Positions 1 to 8,243 of a stretch of DNA of 32,000 nucleotides are shown one piece after another. The position numbers and the translations under genes were made by a program. Under the pieces are notes generated by a model. It saw only the letters and a program-made list of their open reading frames with translations, did not search any database and had not been told where the DNA came from. How positions within the stretch are numbered: position 1 is the stretch's first letter; each line of letters begins with the position of its first letter. The DNA is from an uncultured Opitutales bacterium (GTDB taxonomy: Bacteria; Verrucomicrobiota; Verrucomicrobiia; Opitutales; Intestinicryptomonadaceae). The stretch is from positions 30,001-62,000 of the forward strand of contig CAKUIA010000008.1 of NCBI GenBank assembly GCA_934660865.1, in the 5' to 3' direction.

Positions 1-1
1 A

Positions 2-979
2 ACATTCCAGCCGCTATGCGCACAAAGTTTGGGCATAGACTGCTTTTTACCGTCAAACGAATACTATTCGTACGACTCGAACTACGGCTACATTACGGGC
101 TTTGCCCCCGGCATAGGCGACGACAACAACGCCGGCATTCACGTTAGCGGCAAGGTTTGGACAACTTCTGGCATGAAGCCGAAATACACCTTTAAAGGCT
201 GGGCTACAAAATGCGTTTCGTACGTTCAAGGCAGCGGCATTACCGGCAGCGAAACCGACTACGATGCCAGCTATTGGACCGACACTAAAAAGGCGCTCGG
301 CAAGGCAACTTCAAGCGACACTTCCGACGTTCTTGTTTTAGGCGACGGCGGCTCTATAATTTTGGGCTTCGACAGAGCCATACGCAATGGCGCAGGCTAC
401 GACTTTTGCGTGTTCGAAAACGCCCTAAACGACACATTTTTGGAGTTGGCCTTTGTAGAAGTTTCTACCGACGGCAGCCACTTTGTAAGGTTTCCCAATT
501 TCTATTTGGGCACAAAGCCCGTAGGCTCCGACGGCGACGTCGGCGGCGGCGTAAACGACCCTACGTTGATATACAATTTAGGCTCGAAATACAGAATAGG
601 CTACGGCTCGGGCTACGACCTGCAGGAATTGGCCGACGTTTACAGCTATATATTGGACCACTACGATTTCGATACTAAAACCGCAAAGTCTAGCAGTATG
701 TTTTCGACCGAATATATGCGCGACTTTCTAAACAACTACAATTATCTTGATTTGGACAACGTAAACTACGTTAGAATTGCCGATATTGTAGGCGACGGCA
801 AAACTTTGGACAGCGGCGGCAACCCCATTTACGACGCGTATCCAACTTCGGGCACGCCTGGCTTCGACCTAAGCGGGGTCGGCGTTTTAAACGAGGTTCC
901 CGAAGCCGCCCAATGCGCCTTTATTGCCGCGCTTTCGGCGTTTGCATTCGCGCTTTTGCGCAAAAGAAAAAGGGCTTAG
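2..979 (+). CDS. Surface protein with PEP-CTERM-like C-terminal sorting signal (5'-partial; frame open to the window edge)
   Basis: The frame has no stop back to nt 2, so the TTG at 29 is probably not the real start. The C-terminus VPEAAQCAFIAALSAFAFALLRKRKRA* reads as a PEP-like motif, a hydrophobic helix and a basic tail. The body is Gly/Asp/Tyr rich (DFCVFENALNDTFLELAFVEVSTDGSHF, GFDLSGVGV), typical of secreted beta-rich surface proteins. Confidence 0.6.
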   Translation, partial: TFQPLCAQSLGIDCFLPSNEYYSYDSNYGYITGFAPGIGDDNNAGIHVSGKVWTTSGMKPKYTFKGWATKCVSYVQGSGITGSETDYDASYWTDTKKALGKATSSDTSDVLVLGDGGSIILGFDRAIRNGAGYDFCVFENALNDTFLELAFVEVSTDGSHFVRFPNFYLGTKPVGSDGDVGGGVNDPTLIYNLGSKYRIGYGSGYDLQELADVYSYILDHYDFDTKTAKSSSMFSTEYMRDFLNNYNYLDLDNVNYVRIADIVGDGKTLDSGGNPIYDAYPTSGTPGFDLSGVGVLNEVPEAAQCAFIAALSAFAFALLRKRKRA

Positions 980-1098
980 CCTTGTTTTAGTCTGGGAAAA
1001 TCCTGCATATTTTTGTGAAAGGTTATATGCAGTACGCGATGAACGCTCGTTCATTGTGTGTTGACATAATCGCCTTTTTATGATTTAACAAAGTTATA

Positions 1099-3585
1099 AT
1101 GAAAATAACGCTGATAAAATGTTCGAATAAAAACGCCGTGTATTTCGGCGGCAAATCCTATTCGTACAAAACACTTTGCTCCTACATAAAAAAGGCGGCT
1201 TTGCTTTGCCAAAATGCCGCCAAAGTTGCAATTTTTGCCGCAAACAGCCCCGAATGGATTGCGGCCTTGCAGGGGGCTTGGGCGGCAAAAGCCTCGGTAA
1301 TACCCATAGACGCAAATTCGACCGAAAGCGAGCTGCAGTTTTTATTGGCCGACAGCGACACCGAAACCGTTTTCGCTTCGCCCGAAAACCTGGAAAAGAC
1401 AAAGGCGGCCATTGCAAAAACAAACCGCAATATCCGCGTTATAGACATTTCGCAAATTTCCGAACAGCCCCTTTTAGATGTCGGCGCAGATTTTTCGGTA
1501 GAGCGCACTTTAGACGAGCTTGCCCTTATTGTATACACTTCGGGCACAACGGGCGCGCCCAAAGGCGTAATGCTTACATTTAAAAACATCTACACAAACA
1601 TAGACGCCGTTTGCAAAACGCAGTATTTCCCCAAAGGGCTGAAATGCTTTGCAATGCTACCCTTCCACCACATTCTGCCCATTGCGGGCACGGTTATTGT
1701 GCCCCTTTATGTGGAGGGCGAAATCGTAATGCCGAAATCGCTTACTTTCGAAGACATTTCGTCGGCTATGAAGGCGCGCAAAATCCACCTTTTTATAAGC
1801 GTGCCGCGCTTTTACGAAACTTTGCATGCGGGCATAATGGGCAAAATTTCAAAATCAAAAACGGCAAAGCTTTTGTTTGCCGCGGCAAAAACCGCAAACA
1901 AACTTTGGCTTTCAAAAAAGATTTTCGGCAAAATACATTCCGCGCTAGGCGGCGGGGCAAACTTTTACGTTTCGGGCGGCGCCGCCCTTAACAAAACCGT
2001 TTTTGCAGACCTTACCGCCCTCGGCTTTAAGATGTGCGAGGGCTACGGAATGACGGAGGCGTCCCCCATAATTTCGTTCCCGCGCCCCGACAACATAAGG
2101 GCGGGCTCGGTAGGCCAGCCCCTAAACGGCATAGACGTAAAGATAGACAACGGCGAAATTATCGTAAAGGGCAGCAACATTACAAGCGGCTACTACAAGC
2201 GCCCGCAGGAAACCGCCCAAACGATAGTAGACGGCTACCTGCATACGGGCGACTTGGGCTACATAGACGAACAGGGCTTTATTTTCATTACGGGCAGATG
2301 CAAGGAAATTATAGTTTTGCCCAACGGCAAAAAGTTTAACCCCTCCGACTTGGAAGCCCTTGTAAAGAAAGAGTGCCCGCAAATTTCCGAAATAGGGATA
2401 TGCTATAAAGACGGCGTTTTGCAGGCCATAATACGCCTTTCGGGCGAATGTGCCGACATGCCGCACAGCAAGGCAATGGAATTTGTGCAAAACAACGCGA
2501 TTTTGCCCTACAACAGAAGGAACGCCGTATATAAGCGCATTATAAAATTTGCCCTGACAAATGCCGAATTGCCGCGCACAAGAATAGGCAAATTAAAAAG
2601 GCACATGCTGCCCGACTTGCTAAACTCAATGGCCGACGAAGAAAAGCCCGCCAACCCCGAGCCCGAAAGCCAAACATACAAACTTTTAAAGAAAACTTTG
2701 GCGGCCCAAATTTCGGGTCAAGTTAGGTGCGACGCCAATATGGAGATGGACTTGGGGCTGGACTCGCTCGGCAAAATTGCCATGCAGTGCTTTATAAAGG
2801 AAAGCTTTAACGCCGAAATTACGGAGGCCGACTTCGAAAAATACCCGACTTTGCGCGTGCTTGCCGAACATATCGAAAACACCGCAAAAGGCGGAGCTTT
2901 AAACGCCCAAATCAAAGAGCCCAGCTGGAACGAAATAATAGCCGAAAAGCCCGCGGCTGTGCTCGGCAAACCGAACTTTTTGCACTGCATTTCGGCCGCA
3001 ATTTTCAAGACAATTTCAAAGCTTTTATACTCCGTAAAAGTTTCGGGGCAAAACAACATTCCGCAAGGCGCCGTTATTTTGGCGGCAAACCACCAGTGCT
3101 ATTTCGATGGCGTTTTTGCCGTGCAAAAGCTTTCAACAAAAAAGCTGTACGACACATACTTTTTCGCAAAAATAAGGGGCATAATAAAAAGCGGGCTTAT
3201 CAGGAAATATGCCGACTGCAGCAACGTTATTATTATGGACATTAAAAGCGGCGTAAAAGAATCCATACAAAAGGCGGCCGAAGTTTTAAGAAAGAACAAA
3301 ATTCTCGTAATTTTCCCGGAGGGCACAAGAACGCCCGACGGCGAAGTTTCGGAATTTAAGCAAAGTTTTGCGATTTTGGCAAAAGAGCTTAACGCGCCCG
3401 TTGTGCCCGTGGCGATTTCGGGAGCGTACGAGGCTTTGAAAGCGGGGGCGAATATGCCCGACTTTAGGGCGAAAATTTCGGTGCAATATCTGCCGCAAAT
3501 GCGCCCCGAAAAGGACGAAAGCTACGCCGCCTTTGCCGAAAGGGTGCGAAAGACAATAGCCGCCGCCGTAAAATCGGCAAAATAA
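1099..3585 (+). CDS. Tri-domain fusion: acyl-AMP/acyl-CoA ligase, acyl-carrier (PP-binding) domain and PlsC-type lysophospholipid acyltransferase (Aas-like)
   Basis: ATG start at 1099. Adenylation motifs are YTSGTTGAPKGV, GYGMTE, TGDLGYIDEQGFIFITGR and PRTRIGKLKR. The carrier motif is LGLDSLGKIAM (DSL serine). The acyltransferase has HX4D (NHQCYFDG) and FPEGTRT. A terminator hairpin follows immediately. Confidence 0.85.
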   Translation: MKITLIKCSNKNAVYFGGKSYSYKTLCSYIKKAALLCQNAAKVAIFAANSPEWIAALQGAWAAKASVIPIDANSTESELQFLLADSDTETVFASPENLEKTKAAIAKTNRNIRVIDISQISEQPLLDVGADFSVERTLDELALIVYTSGTTGAPKGVMLTFKNIYTNIDAVCKTQYFPKGLKCFAMLPFHHILPIAGTVIVPLYVEGEIVMPKSLTFEDISSAMKARKIHLFISVPRFYETLHAGIMGKISKSKTAKLLFAAAKTANKLWLSKKIFGKIHSALGGGANFYVSGGAALNKTVFADLTALGFKMCEGYGMTEASPIISFPRPDNIRAGSVGQPLNGIDVKIDNGEIIVKGSNITSGYYKRPQETAQTIVDGYLHTGDLGYIDEQGFIFITGRCKEIIVLPNGKKFNPSDLEALVKKECPQISEIGICYKDGVLQAIIRLSGECADMPHSKAMEFVQNNAILPYNRRNAVYKRIIKFALTNAELPRTRIGKLKRHMLPDLLNSMADEEKPANPEPESQTYKLLKKTLAAQISGQVRCDANMEMDLGLDSLGKIAMQCFIKESFNAEITEADFEKYPTLRVLAEHIENTAKGGALNAQIKEPSWNEIIAEKPAAVLGKPNFLHCISAAIFKTISKLLYSVKVSGQNNIPQGAVILAANHQCYFDGVFAVQKLSTKKLYDTYFFAKIRGIIKSGLIRKYADCSNVIIMDIKSGVKESIQKAAEVLRKNKILVIFPEGTRTPDGEVSEFKQSFAILAKELNAPVVPVAISGAYEALKAGANMPDFRAKISVQYLPQMRPEKDESYAAFAERVRKTIAAAVKSAK

Positions 3586-3592
3586 TTTGTTC

Positions 3593-4171
3593 TTAGCCCC
3601 GAAATTCGGGGCTGTTTTTTTGCGCGCACAAAGTCTTTATGTCGCAAGAAATTCTATATGCCGTGTTGTATAGCACGCCAGTAATTAGCCCCACAACGCC
3701 CGCAATGTAGGCTACATTGTGCATATTGCCAACAGTCTTAAAGGCGCCTTTATCTATTACAGCCTTTGGGACATAAACCCCCGTAAAGATAAAACCGCAC
3801 CATGCCAAAAAAGTGGCGGCTACCACCACAAAAACGGCAATGGCCGCCGAATATAACCAGCTTTTAAATGCACACTTGCAACTTTTTTGCATAAGCGCAA
3901 AAAGCCCCAGTATTGCCGAAAGCAAAAGCCCCGCCCACCAAGTGGCAAATATGCCTACAAATGCAGCGCCAAGCCGCGGGTATTCGGTTGCAAAACTTCC
4001 CTTTATGCCGAATTGCGCAAACTTGAATTTTGTATAATATTCGGGCGAAATTGTGTAGGTAATTTGGTCGTTTAGCGCGCCGTAAATTGCACCAAGCAAA
4101 GCTCCGCAGGCCAAAATTGCAATGTATAATGCAAACCTTTTGACAAGCTCTTTAACGAAAAGTTTTTTCAT
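3593..4171 (-). CDS. Hypothetical polytopic membrane protein (192 aa), third gene of the orphan operon
   Basis: The ATG at 4171 overlaps the upstream stop (ATGA). It has about 4-5 hydrophobic segments (ALYIAILACGALLGAIYGAL, AAFVGIFATWWAGLLLSAILGLFAL, YSAAIAVFVVVAATFLAWCGFIF, VAYIAGVVGLITGVLY). I recognise no family motif. Confidence 0.6.
   Translation of the reverse strand: MKKLFVKELVKRFALYIAILACGALLGAIYGALNDQITYTISPEYYTKFKFAQFGIKGSFATEYPRLGAAFVGIFATWWAGLLLSAILGLFALMQKSCKCAFKSWLYSAAIAVFVVVAATFLAWCGFIFTGVYVPKAVIDKGAFKTVGNMHNVAYIAGVVGLITGVLYNTAYRISCDIKTLCAQKNSPEFRG
3595..3621 (+). terminator. Rho-independent terminator of the acyl-ligase fusion gene
   Basis: Stem AGCCCCG (3595-3601), loop AAATT, stem CGGGGCT (3607-3613), then G+T7 (3614-3621). 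The hairpin overlaps the last codons of the convergent minus-strand ORF 3593-4171. Confidence 0.65.
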
Positions 4172-4566
4172 AATCTTTCCTGTTTGTTTGCCGAAATTGC
4201 GGCAACCGTATATAAGACAAATTCAAGCGCCATAAAGAAAATTGCCATTGCTCCAAGATATGGCGATTTTACGGGAACGGAAACTGCCGACATCATTAAA
4301 AACGAAAACAAGAGCCAGCGTTTTTTGTAGTTAAATTTAAAGACAAGCAAACATTTTAACAGCAATGAAACAATGTAGGCCGGGTATATGAACAAAACCC
4401 ACGCTACAAACTCCATACCGCATGTTTCGTAGCCGAATGGGCTGTTTTTTAAACCGGACCAATAAAAAACCAGCGCGCAATAATAGCCGAAAATTGCGAA
4501 GGCCAAGGCAGGCAAGCCCACAAAATATTCAATTCTAAAAGACCTTCTTTTAACCGAACTTCCCAT
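4168..4566 (-). CDS. Hypothetical small polytopic membrane protein (132 aa), second gene of the orphan operon
   Basis: ATG at 4566, 12 nt after the upstream stop. Four hydrophobic segments. Its stop overlaps the next start (ATGA). No recognisable motif. Confidence 0.55.
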   Translation of the reverse strand: MGSSVKRRSFRIEYFVGLPALAFAIFGYYCALVFYWSGLKNSPFGYETCGMEFVAWVLFIYPAYIVSLLLKCLLVFKFNYKKRWLLFSFLMMSAVSVPVKSPYLGAMAIFFMALEFVLYTVAAISANKQERL

Positions 4567-4578
4567 AAAAAATTTTTA

Positions 4579-6210
4579 TTATAAATCCGTAATTGCGGGG
4601 TATTTTTTATGCAACCCATCGTAAATTTGCCGCTGCCCTTTTGCAAGCAAACTCAAAATTTTCAAGTGCTTTGCCTTTAGTTCGGCAAGCTTTTGTTTGT
4701 CGCACTTTTTAAATATCGGACACAGCCACAAACTGTTTTCGTTCTGCGAATTTTCCAAACACAAAACTTCGGTATATTCGCCAAGTTCTTCAAAACGCTT
4801 TTCAATTTTTTCAACCTGTTTTTTGCCTTGCCGGTCAAGACAATCTAACCCATAGCCAAAGCATAGCAAAACGTGGCGATTAGCCCTGCCAAAACAAAAG
4901 CCTATCAAACTTTCGCCGCCCTTTTCCTCTATTTCTCTATACAGGGCATATGCAAAAATCTTTTTGGCAAGTTGTTGAATTGGGGCTTTCATATAATAGT
5001 CGTCAAAGCAGGGTTCCTGCCCAAACATAACCTTTGTAGGCTTTTTAAAAAACCATTTTGAATTTTCTTTAACCGCCTCTATGGCAAACCCGTAGTCGTA
5101 GTGCGTCAAAACGCGGCTTGGGGCTATTGCATCTATAAATTTTAGCAAATTTTGCAGCGTGTCTTTACGGCTCTGACTTTCGGCACAGTCCCACTCTTTT
5201 GCAAGCTTAGCCAATGCGGGGTATTTTAAAACATTGCCGTCATTGCCATCGCGAAAGCGCGTAGGCAAATACCCCAAATTGTCTTCCTTTACGACAGACT
5301 GCACAATCTCGAATTTGGGCGTTATAAGGGGTATACGCTTGTCGTTTTCGTCGAAAGGATTATAGAACAACATTGGAAATTTTTCGAAACATTTATCGAA
5401 CGCCAAGCTTATATTAAAAATCCACTCCGGTTTATCAAGCTCGCCTATGCTAGAAGTATAAAATATACAACCCTGTATGTGGGTAAACTTTTTTGTTTTG
5501 TCCAACAACTTGTAGTATTTGTTAAACTTTTCGGGGGCATTCGCCTTTTTAAACAAAAGCAGTGCATACAACTTGCCCGCAAAATGTTCGGCATTATTCC
5601 AAACGGTTTTAGCAATTTTGCATATTTCTTCGGGCGTTTTGTTTGCCGCCAAATAATTATATGCCCAAATTTCAGCGCAAACTATTCCCCCCTCGCCTCT
5701 TGGATATGTAATATACGTTCCCGATTTTTGCAAAACAAGGTAGGCATATTTTGTTTTGTCGGCAACTTCTGCAAAGTCGGCCAAATTTACTTTTATATAT
5801 ACATCGGGTATTTCAATATCTTTTTTGCCTTTAAAATAGTGCGGCAAAACTTTGCTTAAAGAACCTAGCTGCCCGCAAAAATACACTGGCGTTAAATCCT
5901 TTGGCGGTTCTACAGATTCGCCCAGCGACGCCAATCCGTAAATAGCCCACGCCTTTGCAGCATCGCTTTCGGCAAATTTATAGAGCTTTTTAAATTCGTC
6001 TATAGCCGCGCGTTTTGTAGGCATATTGCATATCTTGGCAAATTCGTAGTAGTTTTTTGTGTAGTAAAAACTTGTGCCTTGCTTAGAGGAAACAATACAC
6101 CTATATGGCGAAAAATATTCGGCATTTACAAGCGATTTATACGAAGCCGTTTCGGCGCAAAACCCGAAATAATTTGCTAGAAAAAACGCTATATATACCG
6201 CATATTTCAT
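4579..6210 (-). CDS. Hypothetical 543-aa protein with hydrophobic N-terminus (signal peptide or anchor); Cys/Lys/Tyr/Phe rich; no recognised domain
   Basis: A long uninterrupted ORF with ATG at 6210. The N-terminus MKYAVYIAFFLANYFGFCAETAS is signal-like. I count about 16 Cys. It is the first gene of a tightly packed minus-strand operon. Confidence 0.65.
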   Translation of the reverse strand: MKYAVYIAFFLANYFGFCAETASYKSLVNAEYFSPYRCIVSSKQGTSFYYTKNYYEFAKICNMPTKRAAIDEFKKLYKFAESDAAKAWAIYGLASLGESVEPPKDLTPVYFCGQLGSLSKVLPHYFKGKKDIEIPDVYIKVNLADFAEVADKTKYAYLVLQKSGTYITYPRGEGGIVCAEIWAYNYLAANKTPEEICKIAKTVWNNAEHFAGKLYALLLFKKANAPEKFNKYYKLLDKTKKFTHIQGCIFYTSSIGELDKPEWIFNISLAFDKCFEKFPMLFYNPFDENDKRIPLITPKFEIVQSVVKEDNLGYLPTRFRDGNDGNVLKYPALAKLAKEWDCAESQSRKDTLQNLLKFIDAIAPSRVLTHYDYGFAIEAVKENSKWFFKKPTKVMFGQEPCFDDYYMKAPIQQLAKKIFAYALYREIEEKGGESLIGFCFGRANRHVLLCFGYGLDCLDRQGKKQVEKIEKRFEELGEYTEVLCLENSQNENSLWLCPIFKKCDKQKLAELKAKHLKILSLLAKGQRQIYDGLHKKYPAITDL

Positions 6211-6333
6211 ATGTTTTTTCTACAAAAATATAACGTAAGTTGTCAAGAGAATTGGCGTTGCGTAAAACTGAAGTTTGCAGCCATTTTGCGCTTTACTAAA
6301 CAAAGCGATTTATTAGGCTTTCCCAGCGTAGAT

Positions 6334-7575
6334 ATGTTTGTTAAAAATATTAGGATAGAAAATTTTAAGGGGTTGCGCAACGAGTTTGTGGAATTCGACA
6401 AATCGTGCACCGTCCTTACGGGTCGAAACGGCGGCGGCAAATCCAGCGTGCTGGAGGCCGTTTCCATAATGCTTTCGTGGCTGCCCGTAAAACTTTGCAA
6501 CTACGCGGTAAAGGGCAAAAAGATTTCCGACAGGGAAATATCGTACGGCACGAACTACGCAAAGCTTACAATGCAAATAGAAAGCAAAAGCCCGCTAATC
6601 CTTACCCTTTACAAGCAGAGAAACTCGAGCAGAAATTCGCAAAACAGCAACATGCAAAGCGCGTTCGACTTCGGGCGCGACATGCGCGTTATGATAGACG
6701 GCAACGCCTCCGTGCAAATTCCCGTTTTGGCATACTACGGCGCAATGCGCGACACTTCGGGCTACTGCGCGCCGCAGCCGATTTCGTCTACAAACCGCAC
6801 CGAAGTGTATAAAAACGCATTCGCCGCCAGAACCGATTTTGTTAAGCTGGACAAATGGTTTACCCAAATGGCGCAACGCCGGAATTTTGAGATGGCGCAG
6901 GCCGCCAAAATGCCGCTAAAAAAAGGCAACGCCCTTCGGGCTAAAATAGACGCATTTTACAACCCGCTTTCTTTTGTAAGCAAGGCCCTTGCGGGATTTT
7001 CGCCCGAATTCGGAACTTTCGAAGTTCGCAACGGGCAAACATTTTTAAAGAGCCGCAACATTCCCTCTTCGGGGCTTTCCGACGGCGAAAAGACCGTAAT
7101 TGCCCTTATTGCCGACATTGCAATGCGGGCTATTGTGGCAAACCCCGAAATGAAAAACCCGCTGCTAAGCGAAGGCGTTATTTTGATAGACGAAATAGAC
7201 TTGCACCTGCACCCCGACTGGCAGGCGCGCATTGCCCAAAAACTTCCCGAAATATTCCCGAGGGCGCAGTTTATATTTTCGTCGCACTCGCCGTCGGTAA
7301 TGTCGGTATCCAAAAACCTCTACAAAATAAACTCCGAAACAAACGCGGTGGAAAGGGTCGAAAACACCTACGGCCGCTCCCCCGCCGACATACTGACGCA
7401 GCTGCTTAACGCGCACCGCGAGCCTGAGGTTGCAAAAAAGCTGAGGGCAATGTATGCGGCAATAGACAACAACGACATGCAAACCGCGCAAAGGATTGTA
7501 GACGAGCTAAACGTTATGATTCCCGAAGACCCCGAAGTTTTGCGCGGCGAATATCTTATAAGGGCGCTGCAATGA
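6334..7575 (+). CDS. ptuA: PtuA-like P-loop ATPase (AAA_15/ABC-type) of a Septu-type defence pair
   Basis: I place the start at ATG 6334 (MFVKNIRIENFKGL, the typical N-terminus of this ATPase class). The track's 6211 start would abut the divergent gene's start codon. Motifs: Walker A GRNGGGKS, LSDGEK, Walker B ILIDEIDLHLHP, and FIFSSHSP. The stop overlaps the ptuB start (ATGA). Confidence 0.75.
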   Translation: MFVKNIRIENFKGLRNEFVEFDKSCTVLTGRNGGGKSSVLEAVSIMLSWLPVKLCNYAVKGKKISDREISYGTNYAKLTMQIESKSPLILTLYKQRNSSRNSQNSNMQSAFDFGRDMRVMIDGNASVQIPVLAYYGAMRDTSGYCAPQPISSTNRTEVYKNAFAARTDFVKLDKWFTQMAQRRNFEMAQAAKMPLKKGNALRAKIDAFYNPLSFVSKALAGFSPEFGTFEVRNGQTFLKSRNIPSSGLSDGEKTVIALIADIAMRAIVANPEMKNPLLSEGVILIDEIDLHLHPDWQARIAQKLPEIFPRAQFIFSSHSPSVMSVSKNLYKINSETNAVERVENTYGRSPADILTQLLNAHREPEVAKKLRAMYAAIDNNDMQTAQRIVDELNVMIPEDPEVLRGEYLIRALQ

Positions 7576-8243
7576 GGTACATTAAAAGACCCGAAAATTC
7601 CGAAGCGCCGCAGTCGTTTAAAAAATGGCTAAAAAAAAGGCCCTTTGCAAAATATTCAAACTTCGGCAACACCCGCATTAAAAACGAGCTTAAAAACTCG
7701 CTTGTGGTGCGCCAAGGCTATTTGTGCTGCTATTGCGAAAGCCGCATATTTGCGCAAACTTCGCACATAGAGCACATAGAGCCGCAATTCGGCGGCGCCT
7801 CCGAAAAAACTTTGGAGTTTTCGAACATGGCGGCCTCGTGCATAAAAGAGCCAAAAAACCAAAACGGCAAACCCGCCTTTACGGCCGAATCGGCCTTGCA
7901 CTGCGGCCACGCCCGCGGCACGCACACGGTGGCAAGCCCCTACGACCCTCTGTGCGAAAGGCTTTTCGAATACTCATTTAGCGGCGAAATACGCCCCAAC
8001 AGCGCATTGACAAACCCCGCCGAAAAGGAGCTTGCCGTAAATTCGATAGGCTATTTAAAGCTGAACGTGCCCTCGCTTATTGTGGCAAGGAAAATCGCCA
8101 TAACAGAATCCATAAAGCTATATTTAAAGGGAACCAAACCCGAAAAAATCTTGGGCAAGCTAAACAACAAGCTAATCCCGTTTTGGTCGGCGGCGAAGTT
8201 TGCCATAAACGAGCTGCTTAGGCGCAAAGCGCAAAAAAGCTAG
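7572..8243 (+). CDS. ptuB: PtuB-like HNH nuclease (TIGR02646-like)
   Basis: CCYCESRIFAQTSHIEHIEPQ followed by NMAASC...HCGHARG matches the Cys/His HNH signature of TIGR02646/PtuB proteins as I remember it. It is translationally coupled to the ATPase gene. Confidence 0.75.
   Translation: MRYIKRPENSEAPQSFKKWLKKRPFAKYSNFGNTRIKNELKNSLVVRQGYLCCYCESRIFAQTSHIEHIEPQFGGASEKTLEFSNMAASCIKEPKNQNGKPAFTAESALHCGHARGTHTVASPYDPLCERLFEYSFSGEIRPNSALTNPAEKELAVNSIGYLKLNVPSLIVARKIAITESIKLYLKGTKPEKILGKLNNKLIPFWSAAKFAINELLRRKAQKS

Noticed and set aside
406-678. 90-aa ORF with a poly-Arg run (RRLRRRRRRRRKR)
   Set aside because: It is an alternative frame of the GGC/GAC-rich surface-protein gene. It is low-complexity and entirely nested within a better-supported CDS.
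6211-6333. N-terminal 41-aa extension of the PtuA-like ATPase (ATG 6211)
   Set aside because: It would leave zero intergenic space to the divergent gene (CATATG). The ATPase family normally begins right at the ...I.NFK motif, which follows Met 6334.
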